40,547 nucleotides of DNA. Source: a virus. Shown piece after piece: positions 31,380 to 40,316 of this stretch. Below the pieces are notes generated by a model. The model was not told the DNA's origin and did not search any database. It saw only the letters and a list, made by a program, of their open reading frames with translations. The stretch lies in IMG/VR virus record IMGVR_UViG_3300021083_000286, positions 1 to 40,547 of that record; one strand, given 5' to 3'. The stretch's first letter is position 1, and every line of letters starts with the position of its first letter. Made by a program: the position numbers and the translations under genes.

Positions 31380-33599
31380 TTACTCTTTGATTATTCTTTT
31401 CTCTGCCTTAGATTCCAATCCTTTTAAGTTTATCTCATGACCTCTGTCAGATTCCAGCGCCGATAAGTTACGCTCAAACTCTTTATGAGACATGCCATGA
31501 ACATGCTCTGACTGCCTGATAGCAGCATCGATGACAGTCTCGATTCTGTCATCATCAGCTCTTTGCTGTTCTATGCCCAGCTTCTCTTCTTCTATACGCA
31601 TCTGGGCCAATGCTTTAATTAAATCCATTTGAATACGTTTTTCGTCCATTTGTAGTTCGGCAGCTTTAAGCTGCGCTTTTACCTGCTCTGCTTGCGCCTG
31701 TTGTTGAACCTTCGCCATACCAACTTGTGCTTCTACTTGAACCTGTTGTGCTGCAACTTGTAATGCCTGTTGCTCTATCTTTGGCTTCTGCATCTCTGCT
31801 TGTTGCATCATTTGCTTGGCTTGCATTTGTTGCTTGACCCATCTTTCCACATCTTCTTCGATGACTTCTACACCTCTAAAGCTCATGTTCTTGAACAGAT
31901 GCTTCATACCATCTTCACCAAAGAACTGAGCCATCGCAGGACTTGCATGCATCAACATAGAAATCTGTTGCAATGCTCTCTCTTGTTGCAATCCGAATGA
32001 AACACCTGCTTCCACATTAACCTGAATGGCATCATGGTCATAGTCCAATGATATGCCGCCTTCTTGGTTAATCTTGACATAAGACTTGTTGCCTTGCTTA
32101 TCGATGATTGGAATGGTTCTTGGTGTCGTGTAATACAATGGTATCAAATCAACAATCAGCTGTGCAGCACTCTGTAGCCCACGCATAAACGATACAACAT
32201 AAGGCATTGCAGCCGAGTTAGATAATGTTGAAACTTCTTGAACTGCTTTGCCACTCATTTGGTCTTGCGTCATATGAGCCATCGATGTATCGAATGAGCC
32301 AAGAATGTTGCTAATCATTTTTGTGGCAATCTCAACGCCTGCTGGCACTTCGGGGGGAATGGCTTGACGAGTCATTGGGATTGGGGGGTTCAATGGAACA
32401 TTTGGATCATCATTCCTGAATTGGTTATAAACATAAACAAGCGAATTCTGTGGATTCAAATAGTTCTCAAGATATGCCGGTGGTATACCGTCTTTAGGCA
32501 CAGCTAGCTTAGCAGGCCCAAGATTCTCAACTTCATTACACAATGTTTGCAAGTGATAGTTCAGCATAGCCTGAGCACCCTTCGCATTATAAATGTAAGG
32601 ACGCGTCATTTGTCTTACAACACCAGTTGTGTTCTTCTTGGATAGAATAGAATTGCCATCAATGAAAATGAGGGGGAGACGTTTGTAGTCTGTTTCTTCA
32701 TGCTCTAAAACCTGATCTCCCACCAACCTATACCTTTCCACGGTCACCAAATCAGTAGTTCTGGGCTTTCCAACAGGAATAGGTGCTTGTTCAATCTTAC
32801 CTTCAGCTGCCCAATCTTCCAAGAACTTATCATATTCAGAATTGGTTAATACCTGTCCATCAGATAATTGAATGATGGTTTTGCGTGTCTTCTTCTTCTC
32901 ATAGTAATCAGCAACCAAATACACTTCATCGTCATTCATGTTATATGACCATTGGAAGTTACCCATATGTGGCCCAGGCCCAGTAGCCTTCGTGATACTC
33001 TCAAACTTCACATTGGGATATTCCCTTTCCAAATCAGTTTTGCGCTTAGCAAATATCTCAAAGCAATATTCAGCATCAGCCTTGTCCTCACGCATTGCTG
33101 TTGGATCAAACCCAGTCAACGTAGGGTCATAGCATCGTCTCAAGAAGATATCTAGATGAAAGCTCTTTTCGCCAGAATAATCAGCGTATACCTTCATCGC
33201 TGAGTAACCACCAGACAATGTATCTGTATAGCAATGATACTCAAGACCGGCTTTGTTAGCCTCTTGCAATGTATATCTCACATGGCCTTCGATGATTTCA
33301 ATCAATTGTGGATCTACTTTCTGACCTGGCTTAGCAGACATCTGTATCGAAGGCTCTTGCTTGCTGAACTCACCACGCAACCGGGATATGTAAGCTTCTA
33401 AGATATTAAATTCAATCTGAGGCTTCTGTAATGTGGCCAACACATTAATCTGTGACTGAGTCTGTGTAGTCACAAACACAAAGTTACGAAACTCATTGTA
33501 TCTATCTATGTTCTCTTTGAAGGCATCATGAGCATTTTCTATGTTGTTCTTTAGGCGCTCGAGTTGGTCTCTATGTTTCTTGGCGACATCGATTGTCAT
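31380..33599 (-). CDS. portal protein (P22-type, with long C-terminal coiled-coil barrel)
   Basis: 739 aa; ATGA overlap with the TerL stop; Gln/Ala/Glu heptad-rich C-terminus (QQAEMQKPKIEQQALQVAAQQVQVEAQ...), as in P22-like portals. Confidence 0.85.
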   Translation of the reverse strand: MTIDVAKKHRDQLERLKNNIENAHDAFKENIDRYNEFRNFVFVTTQTQSQINVLATLQKPQIEFNILEAYISRLRGEFSKQEPSIQMSAKPGQKVDPQLIEIIEGHVRYTLQEANKAGLEYHCYTDTLSGGYSAMKVYADYSGEKSFHLDIFLRRCYDPTLTGFDPTAMREDKADAEYCFEIFAKRKTDLEREYPNVKFESITKATGPGPHMGNFQWSYNMNDDEVYLVADYYEKKKTRKTIIQLSDGQVLTNSEYDKFLEDWAAEGKIEQAPIPVGKPRTTDLVTVERYRLVGDQVLEHEETDYKRLPLIFIDGNSILSKKNTTGVVRQMTRPYIYNAKGAQAMLNYHLQTLCNEVENLGPAKLAVPKDGIPPAYLENYLNPQNSLVYVYNQFRNDDPNVPLNPPIPMTRQAIPPEVPAGVEIATKMISNILGSFDTSMAHMTQDQMSGKAVQEVSTLSNSAAMPYVVSFMRGLQSAAQLIVDLIPLYYTTPRTIPIIDKQGNKSYVKINQEGGISLDYDHDAIQVNVEAGVSFGLQQERALQQISMLMHASPAMAQFFGEDGMKHLFKNMSFRGVEVIEEDVERWVKQQMQAKQMMQQAEMQKPKIEQQALQVAAQQVQVEAQVGMAKVQQQAQAEQVKAQLKAAELQMDEKRIQMDLIKALAQMRIEEEKLGIEQQRADDDRIETVIDAAIRQSEHVHGMSHKEFERNLSALESDRGHEINLKGLESKAEKRIIKE

Positions 33600-35131
33600 A
33601 AATTCCGCCTTAATTGTGTCAGTTGCTGAGTTCTGCTCGTAAATGCCTGCATGACTGAATCAGTTTGTGAGTTATCAACAGGTAGTAGAGTACCTTCAAT
33701 TAAAGCACATTGTATAGCGGTTTGCATTGTATCTGCTATATCGTCATGCCTATGCGTATCATTGGCCGTGATTTTGCGCATATGCTCGATGCACATGTCA
33801 GCATGACGTGCCCCCTTGGAGAAAGTAATACGCTTAGCGGAAACGAAGGGTTGGCATTCAAGGAATCGAGTCGTTTTACTGCCACCAGCTTTGGTACGCT
33901 CCACATCAAATATTCGTAGTCCAGGGACTTTCGAGAGGGAAGAGCATAGAGTAACGCCAGTGCTTTTCTTTTCGATGGCGGTGGCTGTTGGCTTAACTTT
34001 GAAACGCATACACCCTGTATAGAAATCATAAAACTCGTTCTCCAAATCCTTTGGCTCACAACGCAATTCTCTACAGTCTATCCAATGTAATCCATATAAA
34101 CCAGAGTCAATCCCCCTAAATTCTATGCGATAAACACCCCAAAATGAAAACACAGTTGCGTCGTTATAGTCCTTGTCAGTCTCAGCAGTGTCCGCAGTAA
34201 TGAATGTAGAAATAATCTTTGGCTCTTCATCAAGCAATGGGAACCACTCTTTCTGGAATATACCGCCCCCAGCAGGCAGAGGATTTTGTTGATACTGGCT
34301 GGCGAACACATAGGGAGATATGCGCTTCATCTCAAGCAATTTCTCTTTGGTATGCATCTCAGGATAGAGGGCATTGTAAGCAGCATCTAATGCAGCAAGA
34401 CATATCACTTCCCATTCAGGATTTCCATTATCATCTTTAACCTTACGCAGATTAGCCAACAGGTCATCTTCATGTAGCATCTGACCAATGGCAACAATGG
34501 GTGTGCTCGGGTCATTCACACGCGACTGGAGCGTATTGTAGAACCAATTATTTATCTTCTCACGAATGGTATCTGAGCTTACTTCTTCTGGCTTATGCGC
34601 ATCATCGATAATGATACAACCACCGAATCGTTCTACCCCCTTAAGACCAGCGCCGCGACCAGTGATAGGACCCCCAGCACCTGCAGCAAATACACGACCG
34701 CCTCCAGTTGTTCTGAAGTCATCTCTCGCTCCTAGGTCTGGGTCAATCTCAACGCCAAACATTGTCTTGTAGTAAGGCGTGCTAATAATATCGCGAATGG
34801 TTTGTGTCTGCATGGCAGATAGAGATTGGGCATATGACGTATAAATGAAATTAGAGTCGGGATAGTTTGCAAGCGACCAAGCAACAAAGTTCAGCATCAA
34901 TTCACTTTTACCATACCTAGGGGGTACGTTAATGATTAGCCGCTTACAATCACCATTAAACACCCGTTTGAGTGCTTTAGCAATAGTAATGAAATGAGAT
35001 TCTCGCCCGATTGGACAAGATAGCTGGAATTCACGACCAGTGCGCAACTCAAAGAATGTGCGTGTAAAGGTCATAAAGCTACCTAGTAGGTGAGCTTTAG
35101 TTAACTCTTTAGTGCTCAGGGATGGATTCAT
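33596..35131 (-). CDS. terL: terminase large subunit
   Basis: Walker A-like PPRYGKSE, Walker B IIIDDAH, nuclease-half pattern (FITADTAETDK...DD) and size of 511 aa, immediately upstream of the portal gene. Confidence 0.9.
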   Translation of the reverse strand: MNPSLSTKELTKAHLLGSFMTFTRTFFELRTGREFQLSCPIGRESHFITIAKALKRVFNGDCKRLIINVPPRYGKSELMLNFVAWSLANYPDSNFIYTSYAQSLSAMQTQTIRDIISTPYYKTMFGVEIDPDLGARDDFRTTGGGRVFAAGAGGPITGRGAGLKGVERFGGCIIIDDAHKPEEVSSDTIREKINNWFYNTLQSRVNDPSTPIVAIGQMLHEDDLLANLRKVKDDNGNPEWEVICLAALDAAYNALYPEMHTKEKLLEMKRISPYVFASQYQQNPLPAGGGIFQKEWFPLLDEEPKIISTFITADTAETDKDYNDATVFSFWGVYRIEFRGIDSGLYGLHWIDCRELRCEPKDLENEFYDFYTGCMRFKVKPTATAIEKKSTGVTLCSSLSKVPGLRIFDVERTKAGGSKTTRFLECQPFVSAKRITFSKGARHADMCIEHMRKITANDTHRHDDIADTMQTAIQCALIEGTLLPVDNSQTDSVMQAFTSRTQQLTQLRRNL

Positions 35132-35265
35132 TCCTCATCCTGCTTGGGGCATGACTGCTCTTCATGCTGTTCTTGTTCGTGCGTATGCTGCATATCGTAT
35201 GAAATAAACGAATGACAGACACTAATCACAATACCGAGGATATGAAGAGCAATCAGCAGAGACAT
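35128..35265 (-). CDS. small membrane protein (45 aa, [45 protein letters not shown]), absent from the ORF track
   Basis: Hand translation; start overlaps the upstream stop (TAATG) and the stop overlaps the terL start (ATGA). Confidence 0.45.
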   Translation of the reverse strand: MSLLIALHILGIVISVCHSFISYDMQHTHEQEQHEEQSCPKQDEE

Positions 35266-35426
35266 TAATAAGGTACTTTTTTGGCCTTGGTCATATCTTT
35301 TTCTTTACGAATGCCGCCACCATCATCTTTCTTGTCAGCAGTAATACGTGGGGGTGCTTTATGGCCCATGTTCTTGGATTCATGTTCCATTGAGCCGCCT
35401 TTACCTTCGTTACAATTGTGATTCAT
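35265..35426 (-). CDS. small basic protein (53 aa, [53 protein letters not shown]), absent from the ORF track
   Basis: GAGGA RBS before ATG 35426; ATGA overlap with the upstream gene. Confidence 0.45.
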   Translation of the reverse strand: MNHNCNEGKGGSMEHESKNMGHKAPPRITADKKDDGGGIRKEKDMTKAKKVPY

Positions 35427-35566
35427 TTCGATTTCCTCTTTGGTTTAGATTTATCTGCTTTGCTAAATGCAATCGCAATAGCCTGTTGCTCCGGTTTCCC
35501 AGAGCGTCTCTCAATGGCGATGTTCTCACCAATTACTTTCTTACTAGAACCTTTCTTTAGTGGCAT
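35423..35566 (-). CDS. small basic protein (47 aa, [47 protein letters not shown])
   Basis: GGAG 8 nt before the internal ATG 35566 of track ORF 35423..35608; resembles a recurrent small phage/bacterial family (MP-KKG-S...GKPQKQAIAIA), from recall only. Confidence 0.5.
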   Translation of the reverse strand: MPLKKGSSKKVIGENIAIERRSGKPEQQAIAIAFSKADKSKPKRKSK

Positions 35567-35846
35567 ATTCCAATCTCCATACAAAATTCTTGTAACCTTC
35601 GCTCTCAATCAATTCTTTAGGCTTATCCAATGCATTGAATCGCTCCAGTAGGGACTTAAACAGTATAGTATCTTCGGGCAGCCTGTCATCTTTCCATTCA
35701 TCATATGTAGTGAATACCAAATAGTCATGAAGCATCCATAACAAATAGGACCATCCACCTGGATCCCATTGTTCTTTGCTGTCATCATCAATCATGTCTT
35801 CTAGCACGTTGCGATAGAAATCTATTCTCTTGCGGATGCGCATCAA
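35544..35846 (-). CDS. hypothetical protein (100 aa)
   Basis: ORF track; ATGA overlap with the upstream gene. Confidence 0.55.
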   Translation of the reverse strand: MMRIRKRIDFYRNVLEDMIDDDSKEQWDPGGWSYLLWMLHDYLVFTTYDEWKDDRLPEDTILFKSLLERFNALDKPKELIESEGYKNFVWRLEYATKERF

Positions 35847-36046
35847 TACGCACTCCTCTCTTCTCTAATTCGTTGCTCTTCAGCTGCTTCAGCGATGCCT
35901 TCAGGAGACTCAAGATAGTCTTTCATCATCTTCTGATTGTAGACCAATCTAATATCTTCTGGCTCAATGCCTGTGACATACCGGTAGTATTCAACCAAAT
36001 GCTTATATCCCGCCAACATCAAATCATCCGTGATTCTACGTCTCAA
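35843..36046 (-). CDS. hypothetical protein (67 aa)
   Basis: ORF track. Confidence 0.5.
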   Translation of the reverse strand: MRRRITDDLMLAGYKHLVEYYRYVTGIEPEDIRLVYNQKMMKDYLESPEGIAEAAEEQRIREERSAY

Positions 36047-36047
36047 T

Positions 36048-36266
36048 TTAGATATCCTTATTGGGAGAAATGCCCATCTGAATCATTTCGTTCAAAATAT
36101 CAGCTTCATGCTTCTCTATATTAAACTCGTAATCAAATATATCCCATATCGACTTTATAGACATATTATCTGCACCATCAAGAGAGAAATCACTGCATAT
36201 GTTTTCACCATTTAACGTTCCAACTGCCTTGTATATCCCATCTTCGAGAGTAATCGTAACTATCAT
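36048..36266 (-). CDS. hypothetical protein (72 aa)
   Basis: ORF track; ATGA overlap with the upstream gene. Confidence 0.5.
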   Translation of the reverse strand: MIVTITLEDGIYKAVGTLNGENICSDFSLDGADNMSIKSIWDIFDYEFNIEKHEADILNEMIQMGISPNKDI

Positions 36267-36697
36267 TTGTGAAATATCCCCTTGATTCCATCGATGGCTT
36301 TCTTACCAACAGACTCTATGCCATGCGCTATGTCTTTAACCTGCTTTATTGGGTCTATAGTGACGTCAACCTTAGCAAAGCCTGTATTGATACTGCCTGA
36401 AATTGCAGACGCATGCAGGTCATTTGGTTGCGTTACAGTCGCAGGTTCAACAATTGCCTTTGCTTCAGCAGCTACATCTTGCGCCACTTTCAATATGCCT
36501 TGACCTAATTCGATGTAAGCAGCAATCTTTTCACGCTCATTGCCAAATAAAGAAACAAGCCTAACCCATTCGTCTGCATGATTAGCTTCGATGTATTGCA
36601 TCAAAGCTTCTATTTCTGGCTTAATGATTGGCAAGATGCCTGGTGATGCTGACTCAGCCAATGCTACTGCTTCTTCAATTGTATTCTCTGTTGTCAT
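36263..36697 (-). CDS. hypothetical protein (144 aa)
   Basis: ORF track; overlapping stop/start with its neighbours. Confidence 0.55.
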   Translation of the reverse strand: MTTENTIEEAVALAESASPGILPIIKPEIEALMQYIEANHADEWVRLVSLFGNEREKIAAYIELGQGILKVAQDVAAEAKAIVEPATVTQPNDLHASAISGSINTGFAKVDVTIDPIKQVKDIAHGIESVGKKAIDGIKGIFHK

Positions 36698-37020
36698 ATA
36701 TCGCTCCTTTTAATCTTTGCATCCAAATACTCCTGATTCATCACATAGTCTTCTTTCTTCCAAACATAGCCTTTACATTCTTTGGGCGCAGGTATCGCTG
36801 ATTCAATCTTATTCCAATAATGAGTCGCTTCATGCATTGGATCGAACATGAGTCCATTCCTATCAATTCTCAAGTGTGAAGGAATATCATTGCTTTTAGT
36901 GCTATCAAGTAGCATAGCCGTATAATGCAATATGACTTCATTCGGAACAGGCTTATGCTCACGCTTGGCAGAGGAGCTATTGATTAGATATTCATCTGTG
37001 GCATCAATCATATATTCCAT
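36694..37020 (-). CDS. hypothetical protein (108 aa)
   Basis: ORF track. Confidence 0.55.
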   Translation of the reverse strand: MEYMIDATDEYLINSSSAKREHKPVPNEVILHYTAMLLDSTKSNDIPSHLRIDRNGLMFDPMHEATHYWNKIESAIPAPKECKGYVWKKEDYVMNQEYLDAKIKRSDI

Positions 37021-37023
37021 CTC

Positions 37024-37299
37024 TCAATTCATGAAAAGCCAAGGATTCCGATTCTTTTCTTGCTCAATGATCTTTCTGCATTTATTGATGCTAGCCGCAT
37101 GCTTATATTTAGAGCTCCAGCGATTCCATCTATAGGCCAACGAAGGCGATAGTTTGTTAAGCATGATATTAAATAGTCTTTTTGCCCTACTGACAATGAT
37201 ATGACTCAGCTTGGAGTAATTCCGAATATGGTACTGTCTCCATTCATCGAATCCAGCTTCAATAGCTCTCATTTCATCATAGTACTTTGGTCTTTTCAT
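37024..37299 (-). CDS. hypothetical basic protein (91 aa)
   Basis: ORF track; ATGA overlap with the terS stop. Confidence 0.5.
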   Translation of the reverse strand: MKRPKYYDEMRAIEAGFDEWRQYHIRNYSKLSHIIVSRAKRLFNIMLNKLSPSLAYRWNRWSSKYKHAASINKCRKIIEQEKNRNPWLFMN

Positions 37300-37775
37300 A
37301 TCTCACTCTCCTTGTGCATCTTCTTAACAAGCTCAGCCACTTTATCGCTATCAGCTTTGTCACTCACATTAACAGTAATACCTGCATCCACTTTCTTCTC
37401 TGATGCACCAAATTCAAATTGCTTCTGGGCTTTCCATATCTCAGTACGGAACATAGGCTCAGGTTCCCCACGGACTTTCTTGTATTCTAGATTATCGTTA
37501 GCCTTCTTATCCCACCAAGACTCAGACAAAGTCTTAGCTGCCTTGTAAGCCAACCCAAACTCTTCTATCTTCTTTGTCCAGCTAATCAATGTCTCCTTGC
37601 ACACCCCGCAAGCCGCAGCCATCTGAGCCAACGTAGCGCCTTCTAAACCCATGTTCATAACCACATCACAATATTCAGGCTGATATGAGAAATTCAGGGA
37701 CCATTTCTTTCCCTGTTCCTTTGGTGGTAAATCTGTACGTCCATTCGGAGTTCTATCATCAATGCAAACTGTCAT
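37296..37775 (-). CDS. terS: terminase small subunit (HTH type)
   Basis: YQPEYCDVVMNMGLEGATLAQMAAACGVCKETLISWTKKIEEFGLAYKAAK matches the N-terminal HTH pattern of many small terminases; first gene of the late strand. Confidence 0.6.
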   Translation of the reverse strand: MTVCIDDRTPNGRTDLPPKEQGKKWSLNFSYQPEYCDVVMNMGLEGATLAQMAAACGVCKETLISWTKKIEEFGLAYKAAKTLSESWWDKKANDNLEYKKVRGEPEPMFRTEIWKAQKQFEFGASEKKVDAGITVNVSDKADSDKVAELVKKMHKESEI

Positions 37776-37804
37776 AAACTACCTTCTGTTGTATGTTAAT
37801 GAAA

Positions 37805-37813
37805 ATGATAGCA
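37805..37813 (-). promoter_or_regulatory. extended -10-like element (TGCTATCAT on the minus strand) upstream of terS
   Basis: Read directly; about 30 nt upstream of the terS ATG; no convincing -35. Confidence 0.25.
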
Positions 37814-37921
37814 CAACCTATCGTTTTATGCTCTGCAACTAATAAGTCAGGACTTAGTCTAGCTTATTGACTTATTCTATATAAGACAACGACACCAACT
37901 GGTTACAAAGTATAACCGGTT

Positions 37922-37994
37922 GATTGATATATGCGCCAACTCCAACATGATTGATATAGCCATCATATATTGACCTACGACCATATTATCAATC
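37922..37994. promoter_or_regulatory. three copies of GATTGATA(T/A)(T/A) (two direct, one inverted) in the divergent early/late control region
   Basis: GATTGATAT at 37922 and 37949; inverted GATTGATAAT at 37985..37994; nearby imperfect hairpin CAACTGGTTA/TAACCGGTTG. Confidence 0.4.
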
Positions 37995-38022
37995 ATCTGT
38001 CGACTTTTCCAACCGAAAACAC

Positions 38023-38051
38023 TTGTAATCAACACTAATCTACGCTATTCT
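38023..38051 (+). promoter_or_regulatory. sigma70-like early promoter candidate (TTGTAA - 17 nt - TATTCT)
   Basis: Hexamers read directly, about 40 nt upstream of the first plus-strand ATG (38090). Confidence 0.3.
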
Positions 38052-38089
38052 TACTTTATCGAAACCACATAACGTTCTAGGGGAACAAT

Positions 38090-38260
38090 ATGACAGACAC
38101 ACAGAAAGAGCTAACAACAGAATATTTCATGAAGCTGCATGATGAAGTCATGAACAGAGTCAAAACATGGGTTGAGGGCCCTGATGATTCAAGGCCAATC
38201 ACTATAAGTGAATCATCACTGGCTGAAATCTTGCTAGAACTAAAGTCACTGGGAGAATAG
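38090..38260 (+). CDS. small hypothetical protein (56 aa, MTDTQKELTTEYFMKLHDEVMNRVKTWVEGPDD...), absent from the ORF track
   Basis: Hand translation; GGGGAA before the ATG; followed by tightly packed same-strand ORFs; the overlapping minus-strand ORF 38077..38373 is low-complexity. Confidence 0.5.
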   Translation: MTDTQKELTTEYFMKLHDEVMNRVKTWVEGPDDSRPITISESSLAEILLELKSLGE

Positions 38261-38262
38261 CA

Positions 38263-38460
38263 ATGAGCACAAGTTACGAAATAGGAGCATGTATCAACAA
38301 TGAATCTTTTGGATCTACATGTGATGTTTGTAAGTATCCAAAGCATGAACATATTTACGTTCAATCGGAGCATTCACAAAATACATTTTTGATATGCCGC
38401 GAATGCATAGAGGAAACATTGAGTTCTTTTGTATCGAAGCTAGAAGCGATGGGAGAATAA
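38263..38460 (+). CDS. small Cys-pair protein (65 aa), possible zinc ribbon
   Basis: CDVC ... CREC pairs; GGGAGAATA RBS. Confidence 0.55.
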   Translation: MSTSYEIGACINNESFGSTCDVCKYPKHEHIYVQSEHSQNTFLICRECIEETLSSFVSKLEAMGE

Positions 38461-38462
38461 TC

Positions 38463-38615
38463 ATGAGTAAAGACATTATCGAATTATCCGTCAAGGGTGC
38501 TGAGATGATACTTTTGGCACTCAAGATTGGTCTCATTAATCACGAACAGGCTTCACGGATGTTAGATGATTGGGAAGCAGAGTTTCATCGTAAATTTGAT
38601 GGAGAAAAGAAATGA
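38463..38615 (+). CDS. small hypothetical protein (50 aa)
   Basis: GGGAGAATA RBS before the internal ATG 38463 of track ORF 38394..38615. Confidence 0.5.
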   Translation: MSKDIIELSVKGAEMILLALKIGLINHEQASRMLDDWEAEFHRKFDGEKK

Positions 38616-38830
38616 ACGACAAAACTAAAGTATTCACTTTGCCTATGACTGCAAAAGTTGGAGAAACTTTTGAGATTAATGGTTCAGGTCCATGGATTCT
38701 GAAGCAGCCTGAAACTGTAACCATCACTGACAAAAGGATACCTTATCCACCATGCGATAAAGACATGTCGGTTACTAGAAATGAAGATGGAACGTTTAAC
38801 ATCATCGAGGAGCTAAATGATGACCACTAA
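38612..38830 (+). CDS. hypothetical protein (72 aa)
   Basis: ORF track; ATGA overlap with the upstream gene. Confidence 0.55.
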   Translation: MNDKTKVFTLPMTAKVGETFEINGSGPWILKQPETVTITDKRIPYPPCDKDMSVTRNEDGTFNIIEELNDDH

Positions 38831-38981
38831 CGAAGACATGCAGTTATTCACCACATCTCTCTTAGAGCACATCTGGTTACTGGAGAGCAGAATAGATGAG
38901 CTTGAAGACAGATTGGAATGGACTGTTAAGTATTTTATGAAGACCAAAGCTACGAGCAGGGGGAACAGAGATGAAGCGTAA
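38817..38981 (+). CDS. small coiled-coil-like protein (54 aa, MMTTNEDMQLFTTSLLEHIWLLESRIDELEDRLEW...), absent from the ORF track
   Basis: Hand translation; GAGGAG before the ATG; fills the gap between the track ORFs. Confidence 0.45.
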   Translation: MMTTNEDMQLFTTSLLEHIWLLESRIDELEDRLEWTVKYFMKTKATSRGNRDEA

Positions 38982-39156
38982 ACCAATGGCAATACCCAAA
39001 CCAAATTACTGGCGCGTGGCAGCAGAGAATGTGGCAATATTGTTCTTAGTTCTAATTGTTACAGCTGCATTCACTATTGGACTTTGTTACTTGCCGGAAT
39101 ATCTTGAGATGAGAGATGGAACATACCGTGAAAGCATATATGGAATTAGGGGATAA
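38971..39156 (+). CDS. small membrane protein (61 aa)
   Basis: ORF track; hydrophobic helix VAILFLVLIVTAAFTIGLCYL. Confidence 0.55.
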   Translation: MKRKPMAIPKPNYWRVAAENVAILFLVLIVTAAFTIGLCYLPEYLEMRDGTYRESIYGIRG

Positions 39157-39159
39157 GGG

Positions 39160-39390
39160 ATGAATATTTTTACTATATTTGATATGGCTAGAGAAAAGCG
39201 TAGACAATATCTAAAACTTAAGAATGATGCAAATAAAAAGAGCGCCAATGATGCTGGATATTTCCAAATTAAGTTCGATTCATTTTTGAAGGAACTGGTT
39301 TCCGAAGCTTCTGAAATGGGATATTCAGACATATTTGTTGATCACAATATTGTTCACGTCGTATGGGAGAAAGATGATGAAACTATCTAG
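39160..39390 (+). CDS. hypothetical protein (76 aa)
   Basis: ORF track; GGGGATAAGGG before the ATG. Confidence 0.55.
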   Translation: MNIFTIFDMAREKRRQYLKLKNDANKKSANDAGYFQIKFDSFLKELVSEASEMGYSDIFVDHNIVHVVWEKDDETI

Positions 39391-39637
39391 CTGCATGCAC
39401 GATGGAGAAGTATATCAATTTGATTCAGACCGAGTGCAGTACTTCGGATATAACGAGGCAGAGGAATGCAATGAACTGAGCTTTGTATGCCATGACATTG
39501 ACGGAGAATCATACAGAGTGGAATTCAAAGTGGATGGCGATAAAGACTTGGCACGTTCAAAGAGAGCCATTCACTTGCAGTTAGTAGAACCATTTGATGT
39601 GATAGCCATGAAGAACCGCATGAGAGAAATAGAATGA
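39374..39637 (+). CDS. hypothetical protein (87 aa)
   Basis: GGGAGA before the internal ATG 39374 of track ORF 39335..39637. Confidence 0.5.
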   Translation: MMKLSSCMHDGEVYQFDSDRVQYFGYNEAEECNELSFVCHDIDGESYRVEFKVDGDKDLARSKRAIHLQLVEPFDVIAMKNRMREIE

Positions 39638-39792
39638 CAATTGGTGTGTATATAATTACATGGATTTGTTTTTCTTGCCTGTTAGGATATTACAACATTG
39701 AACACAATATACTCATGTCTTATTGTATCTGCACAGTATTGGAATGCATAAATAATATTGGGAACAGAGACAGGAACAGATTCGATGATTGA
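39634..39792 (+). CDS. small membrane protein (52 aa, MTIGVYIITWICFSCLLGYYNIEH...), absent from the ORF track
   Basis: Hand translation; ATGA overlap with the upstream stop. Confidence 0.4.
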   Translation: MTIGVYIITWICFSCLLGYYNIEHNILMSYCICTVLECINNIGNRDRNRFDD

Positions 39793-39958
39793 GGCTGCAT
39801 TCTGGATATTTGTGACATGGGCATTAATATGCACGCCGATTGTAATATATTTGCTAATTGATATGTTCAGTCACAAGATGTTAAATGCAAGGGCAATCAT
39901 CACCCAGAGAATATGTGAAGCATATAAATATGCTATGGAGAATTTGAAGGATGAATAA
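39785..39958 (+). CDS. small membrane protein (57 aa)
   Basis: Internal ATG 39785 of track ORF 39758..39958; helix AAFWIFVTWALICTPIVIYLLIDMF. Confidence 0.5.
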   Translation: MIEAAFWIFVTWALICTPIVIYLLIDMFSHKMLNARAIITQRICEAYKYAMENLKDE

Positions 39959-39960
39959 AT

Positions 39961-40134
39961 ATGGAATTGGATAAAAATAGAGATTGTCGGTTTTGCAATG
40001 GTAAAGCACCTGATGTGATAGTACATTCTGATGACTTTATATGGGATTATTATTTCTGTGATGGCGTTTGTTTGACATGCATGAAAGGATTTATATCTAA
40101 GGCTGAACAGATTATCAAAGAGGATAGCCAATGA
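39961..40134 (+). CDS. small Cys-rich protein (57 aa, MELDKNRDCRFCNGK...CDGVCLTCMKG...), possible zinc ribbon; absent from the ORF track
   Basis: Hand translation; CRFC and C-x3-C-x2-C; ATGA overlap with the next gene. Confidence 0.45.
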   Translation: MELDKNRDCRFCNGKAPDVIVHSDDFIWDYYFCDGVCLTCMKGFISKAEQIIKEDSQ

Positions 40135-40316
40135 TTGACAAAGATTATATGACACCCGCTGAAGTATGCGAGTATTTACAGATATCACGGTGGACATTAA
40201 ATGACATGATTAGACGTGGACAGTTCGCCAAAGAAGTTGTCATATCCTGTCGTGTTAGAAGATGGCGCAAAGATGATATAGATGCATGGTCTAAATTAGG
40301 AGGAAGTGATGATTGA
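40131..40316 (+). CDS. AlpA/excisionase-family (HTH_17) DNA-binding protein
   Basis: MTPAEVCEYLQISRWTLNDMIRRGQF...RRWRKDDIDAW matches the AlpA/Xis-type winged HTH pattern. Confidence 0.65.
   Translation: MIDKDYMTPAEVCEYLQISRWTLNDMIRRGQFAKEVVISCRVRRWRKDDIDAWSKLGGSDD

Noticed and set aside
38077-38373. 98-aa minus-strand ORF at the head of the early region, and similar minus-strand ORFs at 38315..38536, 38536..38733, 38813..39037, 39087..39332 and 39871..40197
   Set aside because: The plus strand here carries a continuous chain of RBS-led, stop/start-overlapping small ORFs with protein-like composition. The minus-strand products are Ser/Leu/Phe/Ile-rich and have no initiation signals.
3619-40316. 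Calling the phage temperate because it has Cro/YdaS-like and AlpA/Xis-like HTH genes
   Set aside because: No integrase, recombinase, CI-type repressor, partition genes or attP-like tRNA fragment could be found in the complete genome. Such HTH proteins are also common in virulent phages.
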